Shown here: positions 34,767-44,980 of the stretch, piece by piece | Layout: every line of letters starts with the position of its first letter | Position numbering within the stretch: position 1 is the stretch's first letter | Assembly: GCA_036149055.1 (NCBI GenBank) | Contig: JAYZQJ010000240.1 | Location: 1-59,341 of the forward strand | Source of the DNA: Myxococcota bacterium | GTDB taxonomy: Bacteria; Myxococcota_A; Polyangia; Polyangiales; Sandaracinaceae | DNA length: 59,341 nucleotides | Reading direction: 5' to 3' | The notes under the pieces: model-generated | What the model was told of the DNA's origin: nothing | The model's database searches: none | What the model saw: the letters and a program-made list of their open reading frames with translations, nothing else | Translations under genes and position numbers: made by a program

Positions 34767-36131
34767 GTGCGCCGGATCCGAACCAAGCTGACGCTCGCCG
34801 CCGCGCTGGCCATCGCCGTCGTGATGGCTTCGCACGCCGTGTTCCGGGTGGAGCGCGAGTCGGAGAGCTTCCTCGACGACGTCCGGCGCGACCACCGGGT
34901 GCTCGGGCACGCGCTCGCGGAGACCACCGGCGCGCTGATCGAGCGGGCGGGCCCGGAGGAGGCGCTCTGGGCGGTGGCCGAGGCGGATCGGCGCCGCGGG
35001 CACGTGACCATCCGGTGGGACACCACCGACGACGGCGGCGCCTCGGCCGGCGAGGTGAGCGAGGGCGGGCGCCGGGTGTTCCTCACCCGCGTGCCGGTGC
35101 AGACGCAGGTCGGGCGCTTCGGGACCCTGGAGCTCCGCGAGTCCCTCGACGCCCACGACCGCTATCTCCGGGACACCGTGGTCCGGGTGAGCGTGGTGAC
35201 CCTGCTCATCCTCCTCGCGAGCGCGGGCGCGGTGCATCTCGCCGGGTGGCTGATCCTCGACCGCCGCCTGACCCCGCTGGTCGCGGGCATCCGCCGGATC
35301 GGGCAGGGGGACCTGGAGGGGGCGCTGCCGCGGGAGGGCAGCGACGAGCTGGGCGAGCTCGGGCGGGAGCTCGACGACATGCGCGGGCGCCTCGCGGCGT
35401 TGACCACCGAGGCGAGGGCGGAGGCCGACGCGCGCGTGGCGGCGATGGAGCAGCTCCGGCACGCCGACCGCCTCTCCACCGTCGGCAAGCTCGCCGCCGG
35501 CGTCGCGCACGAGCTCGGCACGCCGCTGAACGTGGTGGCGGCGCGGGCGAAGATGATCCACCGCGGCGAGTCCGAGGCGGACGAGGCGAAGGACGACGCG
35601 CGCGTCATCGGCGAGCAGGCGGCCCGCATGACCGCGATCATCCGTCAGCTGCTCGACTTCGCGCGTCGACGCCCCGCCCGCCGCAACCCCGAGCGCCTCC
35701 GGGAGCTGAGCGCGAGCGTGCTGGACATGCTGCGCCCCCACGCGAGCAAGGCCGGGGTGACGCTCGGCCTGGCCGACGGCGAGGAGGTCGAGGCGGCGGT
35801 GGACGCGGGCCAGCTCCAGCAGGTGTTGACGAACCTGGTGATGAACGCCATCCAGGCGCAGCCGGAGGGCGGCGAGGTGGAGCTCACGATCGACGAAGAG
35901 GGCGGGAGCGCGCGGCTGGCGGTGCGCGACCGGGGAGTGGGCCTCTCGGAGGAGGCGCGCGCGCGGCTCTTCGAGCCCTTCTTCACGACCAAGGACGTGG
36001 GAGAGGGCACCGGGCTCGGCCTCAGCGTGGTGCACGGCATCGTCGAGGAGCACGGCGGCGCGGTCGAGGCGAGCGACGCCGAGGGCGGCGGCACGGTGAT
36101 GACGGTGCGGCTGCCCAAGGAGCCGGCGTGA
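34767..36131 (+). CDS. HAMP-domain sensor histidine kinase
   Basis: Two TM helices, HAMP (DELGELG), AHELGTPL, NLVMNA and FEPFFTTK..GTGLGL. Confidence 0.92.
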   Translation: MRRIRTKLTLAAALAIAVVMASHAVFRVERESESFLDDVRRDHRVLGHALAETTGALIERAGPEEALWAVAEADRRRGHVTIRWDTTDDGGASAGEVSEGGRRVFLTRVPVQTQVGRFGTLELRESLDAHDRYLRDTVVRVSVVTLLILLASAGAVHLAGWLILDRRLTPLVAGIRRIGQGDLEGALPREGSDELGELGRELDDMRGRLAALTTEARAEADARVAAMEQLRHADRLSTVGKLAAGVAHELGTPLNVVAARAKMIHRGESEADEAKDDARVIGEQAARMTAIIRQLLDFARRRPARRNPERLRELSASVLDMLRPHASKAGVTLGLADGEEVEAAVDAGQLQQVLTNLVMNAIQAQPEGGEVELTIDEEGGSARLAVRDRGVGLSEEARARLFEPFFTTKDVGEGTGLGLSVVHGIVEEHGGAVEASDAEGGGTVMTVRLPKEPA

Positions 36132-37483
36132 CGTCCCGCATCCTGCTCGTCGACGACGACGCGGCGCTGCTCTCGACCTTCGAGCGCGGGCTGACCAAGC
36201 GCGGCTTCGAGGTGCGGACGGCGGCCGACGGCGAGCGCGCGCTGGCGCTCCTGGGCGAGGAGCACCACGACGCGGTGATCTCCGACGTCTCGATGCGCCC
36301 GATGGGCGGGCTCGAGCTCTGCGAGCGGGTGCGGGCCGCGCACCCCGACCTGCCGGTGATCCTGCTGACCGCCTTCGGCTCCCTGGAGACGGCGGTGGAG
36401 GCGCTCCGCCGCGGCGCGTACGACTTCCTGCAGAAGCCCCTCGACCTGGACCTCGCCGAGCACGCGCTCCGCCGGGCGGTGGAGCTGCGCGCCCTGCGGG
36501 GGGAGCTCGCCCGTCTCCGCGAGGCCGGCCCCGCGCGGGCGCGCGCCGGGCTCATCGGCGACAGCCCGGCGATGCGCCAGGTGCAGGAGACCCTCGCCCG
36601 GGTGGCCCGCGCCGACGCGACGGTGCTCGTCACCGGTGAGAGCGGCGTGGGCAAGGAGCTCGTCGCGCGCGCGCTGCACGCCCAGGGGGCGCGCGCTTCT
36701 GGGCCGTTCGTGGCGGTGAACGTGGCCGCGCTGCCCGAGAGCCTGCTGGAGAGCGAGCTGTTCGGGCACGCCAAGGGCGCCTTCACCGACGCGCGCGGCG
36801 CCCGGGCCGGCCTCTTCACCCAGGCGCACGGCGGCACGCTCTTCCTCGACGAGGTGGGCGAGATGCCCGCGTCGATGCAGGCGAAGGTGCTCCGCGCGCT
36901 CCAGGAGCGGCGGGTGCGGCCGGTGGGCGCCGACGCGGAGCTCCCCTTCGACGCCCGCATCGTGGCCGCCACCAACCGCGACCTCCTCTCGGCGGTCGAG
37001 GCCGGCGCCTTCCGCGAGGATCTCTACTTCCGCCTCGCGGTCATCGAGCTCGAGGTGCCGCCGCTCCGGGCGCGGGGCGCGGACGTGCTGGCGATCGCGC
37101 ACGCGGTGCTCACCGACGCGGCCAAGCGGGCCGGCGCGCCGATCCGCGAGATCGACCCCGAGGCCGCGCGGCTGCTGCTGCGCTATCGCTGGCCGGGCAA
37201 CGTTCGCGAGCTGGTGAACTGCGTGGAGCGCGCGGTGGCGATGGCGCGCTACGAGGCGATCACCGCCGAGGACCTCCCGCCCCGCATCCGCGACTACGAG
37301 CCGCGCCGGGACGTCCTGGTGGCCGCCGACGACCCGGAGGAGCTGGTGCCGCTCGAGGAGGTGGAGCGCCGCTACATCCTCCGGGTCCTCGACGCGGTGG
37401 GCGGCCGGCGCGGGCAGGCGGCCAAGATCCTCGGCCTGGATCGCAAGACGCTCTACCGGAAGCTCGAGCGCTGGGGACAGTGA
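36128..37483 (+). CDS. Sigma54-dependent response regulator (NtrC/AtoC family)
   Basis: Receiver domain, GESGVGKE, ESELFGH.KGAFTDA, LFLDE, WPGNVREL and Fis-type HTH. GTGA overlap with the kinase. Confidence 0.95.
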   Translation: MTSRILLVDDDAALLSTFERGLTKRGFEVRTAADGERALALLGEEHHDAVISDVSMRPMGGLELCERVRAAHPDLPVILLTAFGSLETAVEALRRGAYDFLQKPLDLDLAEHALRRAVELRALRGELARLREAGPARARAGLIGDSPAMRQVQETLARVARADATVLVTGESGVGKELVARALHAQGARASGPFVAVNVAALPESLLESELFGHAKGAFTDARGARAGLFTQAHGGTLFLDEVGEMPASMQAKVLRALQERRVRPVGADAELPFDARIVAATNRDLLSAVEAGAFREDLYFRLAVIELEVPPLRARGADVLAIAHAVLTDAAKRAGAPIREIDPEAARLLLRYRWPGNVRELVNCVERAVAMARYEAITAEDLPPRIRDYEPRRDVLVAADDPEELVPLEEVERRYILRVLDAVGGRRGQAAKILGLDRKTLYRKLERWGQ

Positions 37484-37522
37484 GCCCGGCCGGTTGGCAC
37501 GCCGTTCTTGCATGGCCGCGGC

Positions 37523-37933
37523 ATGCCGATCGCCGCGTCCGCCCCGCCGTCCCCGCCGCCGCTGGTGCTCGTCGCCGAGGACGACGACGAGATGCGGCGG
37601 CTGTTGACCCGGGCGCTGCGGCGTGACGGCTACGACGTCGCCGCGGCCTCGGACGGCGACGGGCTCGCGCGGCTGATGGCGGAGGCCCGGCGGAGCGGGC
37701 GCGAGCCGGACCTGATCGTGTCCGACGTGCGCATGCCCCAGCTCGACGGCCTCCAGCTGGTCTCCGGGCTGCGCGCCGCCGGCTCCAGCGTGAAGGTGAT
37801 CCTCGTCTCTGCGTTCGCCGACGCCGCGACCCACGAGGCCGCCGCTCGGCTCGGCGTCGCGCACGTGCTCAGCAAGCCCTTCGAGCTCGACGACCTGCGC
37901 ACGGTCGCGATGAACCTCCTCCGGCGCCGCTAG
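37523..37933 (+). CDS. Single-domain response regulator
   Basis: LVAEDD, SDVRMPQLDG, SAF and KPF motifs. Confidence 0.9.
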   Translation: MPIAASAPPSPPPLVLVAEDDDEMRRLLTRALRRDGYDVAAASDGDGLARLMAEARRSGREPDLIVSDVRMPQLDGLQLVSGLRAAGSSVKVILVSAFADAATHEAAARLGVAHVLSKPFELDDLRTVAMNLLRRR

Positions 37934-38382
37934 CGCGGTCGCACCCGGACGCGCCCGCCTCCGCGTGGCGGGGTCGCGCGGACCCGGGGGATCGCCCGAT
38001 AGCGCGGCGCGACCCGGACCCGCGGCGGCGCCGGGTGCACGTACTGCACGCGCGGCCGGCGGGCGGGCACGCTCCAGCGGCCCGGCACGAAGCGGTAGCT
38101 GCCGTCGACGGAGACGTAGCCGCTGCGGACCCAGACGTAGCCCTCGCCCGGCGCGAGCGCCCAGTGGCCGGGGAGCCAGACGTACTGCGCCCCGTTCCAG
38201 TACCAGTAGCCGTTCACCCACACGTAGCCGGGGGCCGGCGCGGGGGGCGCGTACTCCACCTGCGGCGGCGGCGGCGAGGCGTCGACGTAGGTGGCGTACC
38301 GAACCGGCGTGCGGGTGGCGCAGCCGGCGACGCCGAGGGCGCCGAGCGCGAGGAGCGCGACCGGGATCAGGCGGAGGGTCAT
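37930..38382 (-). CDS. YXWGXW-repeat lipoprotein
   Basis: VAGC lipobox, PPPP, YVWVNGYWYW, YVWLPGHW and YVWVRSGY repeats. Confidence 0.85.
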   Translation of the reverse strand: MTLRLIPVALLALGALGVAGCATRTPVRYATYVDASPPPPQVEYAPPAPAPGYVWVNGYWYWNGAQYVWLPGHWALAPGEGYVWVRSGYVSVDGSYRFVPGRWSVPARRPRVQYVHPAPPRVRVAPRYRAIPRVRATPPRGGGRVRVRPR

Positions 38383-38431
38383 GTCGACGATGTGGGTCCG
38401 GCCGGGGCCGCGTCGAGCCCCGACCGCGAGC

Positions 38432-38478
38432 GGGGGCAAGGTGCCCCCCGCCCCGTGGCCAGGGGGCATATTGCCCCC
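38432..38478. promoter_or_regulatory. Tandem palindromic sites, probable enhancer-binding-protein UAS
   Basis: GGGGGCAAGGTGCCCCC at 38432 and GGGGGCATATTGCCCCC at 38462, 30 bp apart. Confidence 0.55.
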
Positions 38479-38517
38479 GCGGAGCGCCCCGGAGCCGCCT
38501 CCAGGGGCTCCAGGGGT

Positions 38518-38533
38518 TGGCACGCGGAGTGCT
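38518..38533 (+). promoter_or_regulatory. Sigma54 -24/-12 promoter for the pal-tolB-like operon
   Basis: TGGCACGCGGAGTGCT matches TGGCACG with GG-N10-GC spacing, 44 bp upstream of the ATG at 38577. Confidence 0.7.
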
Positions 38534-38576
38534 CGGGGGACCTCGAAAGACGCCGGCGCGAGACGCCGGCTGGAGG

Positions 38577-39068
38577 ATGAACATGACCGCTCGCATCGCT
38601 TCCACGCTCGCCCTCTGCGCCGCCCTCGTCGTCGGCTGCGGCTCGTCCCAGAACGCCGAGACCCAGACCGGCGACGACGCCCTCTCCGGCAGCGACCAGC
38701 GCGGCCGCCGGGCCGACACCTCGGGCGGCGAGGACCTCTCGGGCGGCTGCCGCGTGGAGTCCGTGTACTTCGCCTACGACTCGTCCGAGCTCGACGGCAG
38801 CGCGCGCTCGACCCTCGAGGGCAACGCCGGCTGCCTCAACCGCCGCACCGGCACCGCCGCGGTCACCGGCATGACCGACCCGCGCGGCACCGAGGAGTAC
38901 AACCTCGCGCTCGGCGACCGCCGCGCCCGCACCGTGACCCAGTACATGCAGAACCTCGGCGTCGAGGGCGGCCGCATGCAGGTCCGCTCGGTCGGCGAGG
39001 AGTACGCGTCGGGTGAGGACGAGAGCGGCTGGTCGCGTGACCGCCGCGCGGACATCGAGGTCCGGTGA
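38577..39068 (+). CDS. pal: Pal/OmpA-family peptidoglycan-associated lipoprotein
   Basis: VVGC lipobox, VYFAYDSSEL, TDPRGTEEYNLALGDRRA, SVGEE and DRRAD. GGAGG RBS. Confidence 0.88.
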   Translation: MNMTARIASTLALCAALVVGCGSSQNAETQTGDDALSGSDQRGRRADTSGGEDLSGGCRVESVYFAYDSSELDGSARSTLEGNAGCLNRRTGTAAVTGMTDPRGTEEYNLALGDRRARTVTQYMQNLGVEGGRMQVRSVGEEYASGEDESGWSRDRRADIEVR

Positions 39069-40213
39069 AGATCCTCGCGCTCCTCACGCTCGCCGTCGTC
39101 TGGCTGACGACCGCGAGCGCGAGAGGGCAAGAGCCGGCCCGGCTGGTGGTCGAGGCGCAGAACGCGCCCGCCCGCCGCTGGGCCGAGCTCGTTCGGGGTG
39201 ATCTCCGCCTCGTGAGCGACGTCGTCGTGGTCGCCTCGAGCGACCTCCGGCTCACCGCCGCGGCCGAGCTCGACCAGGGTGCGCGCGCCCTGCGGGTGCG
39301 CCTGGTCTCGGGCGAGTCGCTGCTCGACGAGCAGCTCCACCCGCTCGGCCCGCTCGCCGGCAGCGCGGACGCCGCCCTGCGCGCCGCCGCCCACCGGAGC
39401 GCCGACCGGGCGCTCGAGCTCCTCACCGGTCGAGCCGGTGGCTTCGACTCCACCCTCGTGTTCGCGCGGCGCGCCGGCCGACGACGCAAGGACGTCTGGC
39501 GCGTGTCGGTCGACGGGCGCGACCTCGCCCGGGTCTCGAGCGGCCGCTCGATCGCGATGCTCCCGGCGCTCGCCCACGGCGACGTCTGGTACTCCATCGT
39601 GAGCCGCGACGGCCTCTTCCTCACCCGGGCCGGGCTCGACGAGACGCCCCTGATCGGCGGCGACGGCCTCACGATGGGCGTGACCCCCTGTGGCGAGGGC
39701 ATCGCCTACTCCGCGACCCCCACCGGCGACGCGGAGATCTACCAGGCGAGCCTCGACGGCCTGCGGACCTCCCGCCTCACCTATCACGCGGGCATCGACG
39801 TCAGCCCGACGTGCAGCGCTCGAGGCGAGCTCGCCTTCATCTCGAACCGCACCGGGCGGCCGCAGATCCACGTGCTCGGCGCCGACGCGCTCCATCCGGA
39901 TCGCCCGCCGCAGCCCGAGACCCAGAACCAGACGCCCACCTGGTGCCCCGATCCGGAGCGGCGCCTCCTCGCCTTCACCCAGCTCGAGCGCGGCAGCAGC
40001 GTCTGGACGCTCGACCTCGACACCGGGGAGTCGACGCGGGTCTCTCCGCCCGGCCGCTACAAGGACCCCGCGTTCTCCCCCGACTGCCGGCTGCTGGCCT
40101 ACGTCGGCGAGGGCGGCCTCTGGCTCTCCAGCCTCGACGGCCGGCGGCGCCGCCGCATCCTCACCGGGCCGGCGGAGACGGTGCGCTGGGGTCGGCTCCC
40201 GCTCGACCGATGA
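39065..40213 (+). CDS. TolB-like PD40 beta-propeller protein
   Basis: Signal peptide, GDAEIY, LT..GIDVSP, LAFISNRTGRPQI and PAFSPD. Overlaps the pal stop. Confidence 0.78.
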   Translation: MKILALLTLAVVWLTTASARGQEPARLVVEAQNAPARRWAELVRGDLRLVSDVVVVASSDLRLTAAAELDQGARALRVRLVSGESLLDEQLHPLGPLAGSADAALRAAAHRSADRALELLTGRAGGFDSTLVFARRAGRRRKDVWRVSVDGRDLARVSSGRSIAMLPALAHGDVWYSIVSRDGLFLTRAGLDETPLIGGDGLTMGVTPCGEGIAYSATPTGDAEIYQASLDGLRTSRLTYHAGIDVSPTCSARGELAFISNRTGRPQIHVLGADALHPDRPPQPETQNQTPTWCPDPERRLLAFTQLERGSSVWTLDLDTGESTRVSPPGRYKDPAFSPDCRLLAYVGEGGLWLSSLDGRRRRRILTGPAETVRWGRLPLDR

Positions 40214-41471
40214 CCTCGCCGCCGAGCCCGGCCAGCGCCTCCAGCTCGTCCCCGAACGCCTGCAGCACGCGCTCGGGATCGCGCACCAGGCGCTCGTCGA
40301 CGCTCAGCCCGAGCCGCACCTCGCCGGCGTAGCTGAAGACGCTGACCCCCACGCCGATGCGCCCGGCCTGAGGTACCCAGAACATGATCGTCTGGATGCG
40401 CTGCCCGGCGAGGTAGCGAGGCTCGCGCGGCCCCGGGACGTTGGTGACCACCATCGACGCCTTCGCGCCCAGCACGGCGGCGGCCAGCGCCTCGAGCCAG
40501 CGCGGGCCGGCCCCGGTGAGCCGCATGAGCTGCCAGAGCAGGAGCGCCTCGGGGCTGCGCTTCAGTCGATCCATCCTGCGCTTCAGGGCGGCGTACCGCG
40601 CGCGCGGGGTCGTGAGGTCGAGCGGCAGATCCACGAAGACGAGCCCGAAGCGGTTGCCGAGCGCGCGCATCTCCGAGGCCGCCCGCAGGCTGACCGGCAC
40701 GGTGCACCGGAGCGCGGGAGGGCGCTCGCCGTGCGCGAGCAGGTAGCGACGCAGGGCGCCGGCCACCGCCGCCATCAGCACGTCGTTCACCGTCCCTCCG
40801 AGCGCGCGCGCGGTCGCCTTCACCTCCGAGAGCGGCACCGGCGGCGACCACGCCACCCGCTTGCGCAGGCCGAGCGGGCCGCGGAGGCGCGTCTCCGGCT
40901 GACGGGGCGCGGCGAGCAGGCGCAGCAGGTCCAGCGCCGAAGCGCCGAGGGACGCGGAGGAGAGGCGCCGCCGCCACCCTCCGCGCGAAGGCGGCCGATC
41001 GACCTCGCGAGGCGCGTCGCCGCCCTCGGGGCTCGCGTCGGTGATCCCGAGCAGCACCGCCATGAGCGCGAAGCCGTCCCCCACGCAGTGATGCACCCGG
41101 GCGACGAGCACGGTGCGACCGTCCGGGTTCTCGAGCGCCGTCAACCTCCAGAGCGGCCGCGCGGGATCGAGGCGCGTCGAGACGAGCGCGCCGATGCGCC
41201 GGCTCAGGAGCGCGCGGTCGGCGCCCGGCGGGAGGACGACGTGCTCGACGTGGTTGGCGACGTCGAAGCGCTCGACGTCGACCCAGCGGCTGCCCTCGAC
41301 GCGCTGACGGAAGCGAGGCAGCGCGAGCAGCCGCTCCTCGAGGGTGCGCCGGAGGCGCGCGAGATCGAGCGGCGCGTCGAAGGTGAGCACGCCGGTGATC
41401 CGCATCGGGTTGTCGGGGCGATCGAGCCGGAGCCACGCCCGATCGACGCTCCCGAGGCGCTCACCCGCCAT
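40161..41471 (-). CDS. Wax ester synthase/diacylglycerol acyltransferase (WS/DGAT)
   Basis: HHCVGDG (HHxxxDG), GTVNDV, GNRF, TNVPGP and SYAG motifs. Confidence 0.92.
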   Translation of the reverse strand: MAGERLGSVDRAWLRLDRPDNPMRITGVLTFDAPLDLARLRRTLEERLLALPRFRQRVEGSRWVDVERFDVANHVEHVVLPPGADRALLSRRIGALVSTRLDPARPLWRLTALENPDGRTVLVARVHHCVGDGFALMAVLLGITDASPEGGDAPREVDRPPSRGGWRRRLSSASLGASALDLLRLLAAPRQPETRLRGPLGLRKRVAWSPPVPLSEVKATARALGGTVNDVLMAAVAGALRRYLLAHGERPPALRCTVPVSLRAASEMRALGNRFGLVFVDLPLDLTTPRARYAALKRRMDRLKRSPEALLLWQLMRLTGAGPRWLEALAAAVLGAKASMVVTNVPGPREPRYLAGQRIQTIMFWVPQAGRIGVGVSVFSYAGEVRLGLSVDERLVRDPERVLQAFGDELEALAGLGGEVIGRAGADPSAPSPPAR

Positions 41472-42336
41472 CGAGGTCCTCGCGCGCCGCCCGGACCGTG
41501 AGCACGGGGACCGGCGAGATGCGGACCAGGCGGTCGGCGACGCTCCCGAGCATGAAGCGCCAGACGCCGCCGTGACCGTGCGAGCCGATCACGAGCAGAT
41601 CGGCCTCGAGCGCGTCGACCGCGCGGGCGACCTCGGCGTGGGCCAGGCCCTCGACGATGCGCGCGTCGGCGACGACGGCGCTCGGGTGCCGGTCGCGAAG
41701 CGCGCCGAGCTCCGCCTTGGCCACGCCGCGGAGGTCCTCGAGGGCCCGCGTGTCGAGGAAGCCCGTCGCGTCCACCAGCTGCGCCTCGCTCGCCAGCCAG
41801 TGCACGTGCAGGAGATGCACGCGCGCCCCCACCCGCTGCGCGACGCGCACCGCCTCCTCGAGCACCGCGTCGGATCCCGGCGAGAGATCGACCGCGCAGA
41901 GCACGCGCCGGAGCTGGGCGACGCGGGCGTCGGGATCCAGGGTGAGGACCGGCACCTGGGCGTTGCGCAGCACCTTGCGGGTCACGCCGCCGAGGAAGAG
42001 CCGCTCCAGCGCCGAGCGGCTCCGGGTCGCCATCACGATCATCGACACGTTCCGCTCGGCGGCGTGGGCGAGGATCTCGGGCGCCGCGTGGCCCCTCCGG
42101 GTGGCGGGCGTCAGGCGGGTCGCGCCCTCGTGCGCGCGCACCACCGCGTCGAGGCGCTCGCTCCAGCTCACCCGCAGCGACGACTCGAGCGCGGGCTCGA
42201 AGGGGCGGTGTCTCGGCACGTCGTCGACGTGCAGGACGTCCACCTCCACGTCGCCGCCGCCAAGCTGCTCGATGGCGTACCGAAGCGCGCGCTGGGACGC
42301 CGGGGAGAAGTCCGTGGGACAGAGGATGCGCATCAT
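41461..42336 (-). CDS. Tandem-domain universal stress protein
   Basis: ILCPTDFS..LGGVTRKVLR..PVL and VLCAVDLS..GSHG..LGSVADRLVR..PVL. Confidence 0.92.
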   Translation of the reverse strand: MMRILCPTDFSPASQRALRYAIEQLGGGDVEVDVLHVDDVPRHRPFEPALESSLRVSWSERLDAVVRAHEGATRLTPATRRGHAAPEILAHAAERNVSMIVMATRSRSALERLFLGGVTRKVLRNAQVPVLTLDPDARVAQLRRVLCAVDLSPGSDAVLEEAVRVAQRVGARVHLLHVHWLASEAQLVDATGFLDTRALEDLRGVAKAELGALRDRHPSAVVADARIVEGLAHAEVARAVDALEADLLVIGSHGHGGVWRFMLGSVADRLVRISPVPVLTVRAAREDLDGG

Positions 42337-42362
42337 GTCGCCGTCGATGTACGCACCCGGGG

Positions 42363-44675
42363 TCAGGCTCGCCGCCGCGCCGCCTCCAGCATGAGGCGAC
42401 GCTCGGCGGAGGCGATCGCGGAGCGAGCCGCGAAAGCCGCGTCCGGGTTCACCGAGACGCTGGTGATCCCGTAGGCGACCAGGCGCTCGGCGAGCTCGGG
42501 GCGGTTGCTCGGCGCCTGGCCGCAGAGGCTCGACGTGATGCCGGCCGCGCGCGCCGCCTCGACGATGCGGCGGATGGTGTCGAGCACCGCCTCGTCCGCC
42601 TCGTCGAAGAGCTCGGCGCAGAGCTCCGAGTCGCGGTCCACGCCGAGCACGAGCTGGGTGAGATCGTTCGAGCCGATCGACACGCCGTCGATGCCGAGCT
42701 TCGCGTAGTCCGGGATGCGGTAGACGATGGACGGGACCTCGGCCATCACCCAGCGATGCAGGCCGCGCTGGCGGCCGAGCGGCGAGCGGTCGATGCGCTC
42801 CAGACAGACCTCGAGCTCCCAGCGCGTGCGCACGAAGGGCAACATCAGGTGCACGTTCGGGCACTCCTCGCGCACCCGGGCGATCACCTCGAGCTCGGCG
42901 TCGAAGAGCGAGGGGTCCTTCACGTAGCGGTAGACGCCGCGGTAGCCGATCATCGGGTTCTGCTCGTGCGGCTCGTGCGCCTCGCCGCCCTCGAGGGCCC
43001 GGAACTCGTTGGTCCGGAAGTCATACGTCCGGTAGATGACCGGGCGCGGCGCGAAGGCGCGGCCCACCACCAGGACCGACTCCGCCCAGCGCGCGATGAG
43101 CGCCTCTCGCTCCCCGCGGGCGAGCAGCTCGCTCGGGTGCACGCCGGAGAGCGCGTCGGCGATCATCAGCTCGGCGCGCAGCAGCCCCACGCCGTCCACC
43201 GGGAGCGCCGCGACCTCGGCCGCGTGCTCCGCGATGGCGAGGTTGACGTAGAGCTTGGTCCCGATGGGCTCCACCGCCGCCGCCCGGGGGGCGACGGCGT
43301 CGACCCGGGCCGCGCCCGCCTCGTCGCCCACTGAGTGGCCCGCCACGTGGCCCACGACGTCGCCGAGGTAGACGCGCCCCTCCCGGCCGTCGACCGTCAC
43401 CAGGTCGCCGTCGCGCAGCTCGCTCGTCGCCTGCTTGGTGCCGACCACCGCCGGCACCCGCAGCTCGCGGCTCACGATCGCCGCGTGGCAGGTCATGCCG
43501 CCGCTGTCGGTGACCATCGCCGCGGCGCGCCGCATCGCCGGCACCCAGTCCGGGCTCGTCATGCTCGCCACCAGGATCTCGCCCGGCTGGAGCGCCGCGC
43601 CCTCGGCCACCGTGCGCAGCACCCGCACCCGCCCGGAGACGCGCCCGGGCGAGGCGCCGAGGCCGCTGACGAGCAGGGTCCCCGTCTCCTTCTCCGCGTC
43701 GAGGGTGGTGATCGGCCGGCTCTGCACGATGAAGGGGGCCGCCCCCTCGAACGCCCACTCCACGTCCTGCGGCGCCCCGTAGTGCGCCTCGATCTCGGCC
43801 GCCATCACCGCGAGCGCGCGGATCTGATCGTCGGACAGGACCCGGGCGTCGGCGAGATCGTCGGGGAGGCTCACGCGCCGCTCCGCGCCGTCGTCGCCGC
43901 GCTCGATGCGGTGGGCCTTGTGCCCCACCCGGACGTCGAGCGCCCTCCCCGTCTCGCGGTCGACCACGTAGGTGTCGGGCTCGACCTGCCCGCTGACCAC
44001 CACCTCGCCGAGCCCGAAGGCGGCCTCGATCACCACCCGATCGCGGCGCCCGCTCGCGGGGTCGGCGGTGAACATCACCCCGGCCCGATCGGCGTCGACC
44101 ATGCGCTGCACGACCACCGCGATCGCCGGCTCCTCGTCGATGCCTCGCTCGGCCCGGTAGGCCACCACCCGCGCGCCCCAGACGCTGGTCCAGCAGCGCA
44201 GCACCGCGTCGAGGAGCGCGTCCACGCCCACGACGTTGGTGAACGTCTCGTTCATGCCGGCGAAGGAGGCGCCGCCCGAGTCCTCCATCGTCGCCGACGA
44301 CCGTACCGCCACCGGCACCCCGTCGCCCAGCACCGCGTAGGCCTCCCGGATCTCGGCCCGCAGCCCGGCCGGGATGCCCGCGTGCGTGACCATGTCGCGC
44401 AGCTGCCCGGTGACCACCTCGAGCGCCTCGGGATCGTCGGCGTCGAGCGCGGCGGCCATCTTGGCCAGGTCCTCGCGCACCCCGGCCCGGTCCATCGCGT
44501 CGAGGTAGGCGTCGGCGGTCACCACGAAGCCCGGCGGGACGGGCAGCCCGGCGGCGATCAGCTCCCCGAGGTTGGCGCCCTTGCCGCCCGCGCGCGGCAC
44601 GTCGGCGAGGCGGAGCGCGGAGAGCGACGGAGCCCGAGGAGACGGAGCGCTGCGGAGGAGATCCGGTTCCGGCAT
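42363..44675 (-). CDS. ppsA: Phosphoenolpyruvate synthase
   Basis: [34 protein letters not shown] (phospho-His), NPMIGYRG and SIGSNDLTQ. Confidence 0.93.
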   Translation of the reverse strand: MPEPDLLRSAPSPRAPSLSALRLADVPRAGGKGANLGELIAAGLPVPPGFVVTADAYLDAMDRAGVREDLAKMAAALDADDPEALEVVTGQLRDMVTHAGIPAGLRAEIREAYAVLGDGVPVAVRSSATMEDSGGASFAGMNETFTNVVGVDALLDAVLRCWTSVWGARVVAYRAERGIDEEPAIAVVVQRMVDADRAGVMFTADPASGRRDRVVIEAAFGLGEVVVSGQVEPDTYVVDRETGRALDVRVGHKAHRIERGDDGAERRVSLPDDLADARVLSDDQIRALAVMAAEIEAHYGAPQDVEWAFEGAAPFIVQSRPITTLDAEKETGTLLVSGLGASPGRVSGRVRVLRTVAEGAALQPGEILVASMTSPDWVPAMRRAAAMVTDSGGMTCHAAIVSRELRVPAVVGTKQATSELRDGDLVTVDGREGRVYLGDVVGHVAGHSVGDEAGAARVDAVAPRAAAVEPIGTKLYVNLAIAEHAAEVAALPVDGVGLLRAELMIADALSGVHPSELLARGEREALIARWAESVLVVGRAFAPRPVIYRTYDFRTNEFRALEGGEAHEPHEQNPMIGYRGVYRYVKDPSLFDAELEVIARVREECPNVHLMLPFVRTRWELEVCLERIDRSPLGRQRGLHRWVMAEVPSIVYRIPDYAKLGIDGVSIGSNDLTQLVLGVDRDSELCAELFDEADEAVLDTIRRIVEAARAAGITSSLCGQAPSNRPELAERLVAYGITSVSVNPDAAFAARSAIASAERRLMLEAARRRA

Positions 44676-44724
44676 GCGCTCCAGCTACGCACCGCGGCCG
44701 GGGACGCACCGGCTGGGGAGGCGC

Positions 44725-44889
44725 TCACCAGAGCGTGTAGATGAACGGGGTGGACGCCTGCCCGGTGAAGATCACCAGCGCGAGCAGCCCGAGCACGAGC
44801 ACCAGCGGCACGATCCAGTAGACCTTGTTCTCGGCCGCGAAGCGCCAGAGGTGCCCGAAGAGCTTGCCGGTGTAGCGGAGCCTGCCCAC
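44725..44889 (-). CDS. DUF5989 (SxtK-like) small membrane protein
   Basis: LWRF..NKVYWIVP..hydrophobic..PFIYTLW. GTG start at 44889. Confidence 0.8.
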   Translation of the reverse strand: MGRLRYTGKLFGHLWRFAAENKVYWIVPLVLVLGLLALVIFTGQASTPFIYTLW

Positions 44890-44980
44890 GGCGGCAGCAT
44901 AGCGCCGAACGGAGAGCCCGTGTCGGCGATCGGACCGCTTCGGCCAGCGTCGGGGGATACACGGCCGGGGGGCGCGGCCG

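Noticed and set aside
30620..35086. 1488-aa giant histidine kinase as in the ORF track
   Set aside because: Only the last ~530 aa are kinase. The rest is antisense to the FG-GAP gene.
37495..37512. Sigma54 promoter TGGCACGCCGTTCTTGCA before the single-domain receiver gene
   Set aside because: GG-to-GC spacing is 12 nt rather than the strictly required 10, and it lies very close to the start codon.
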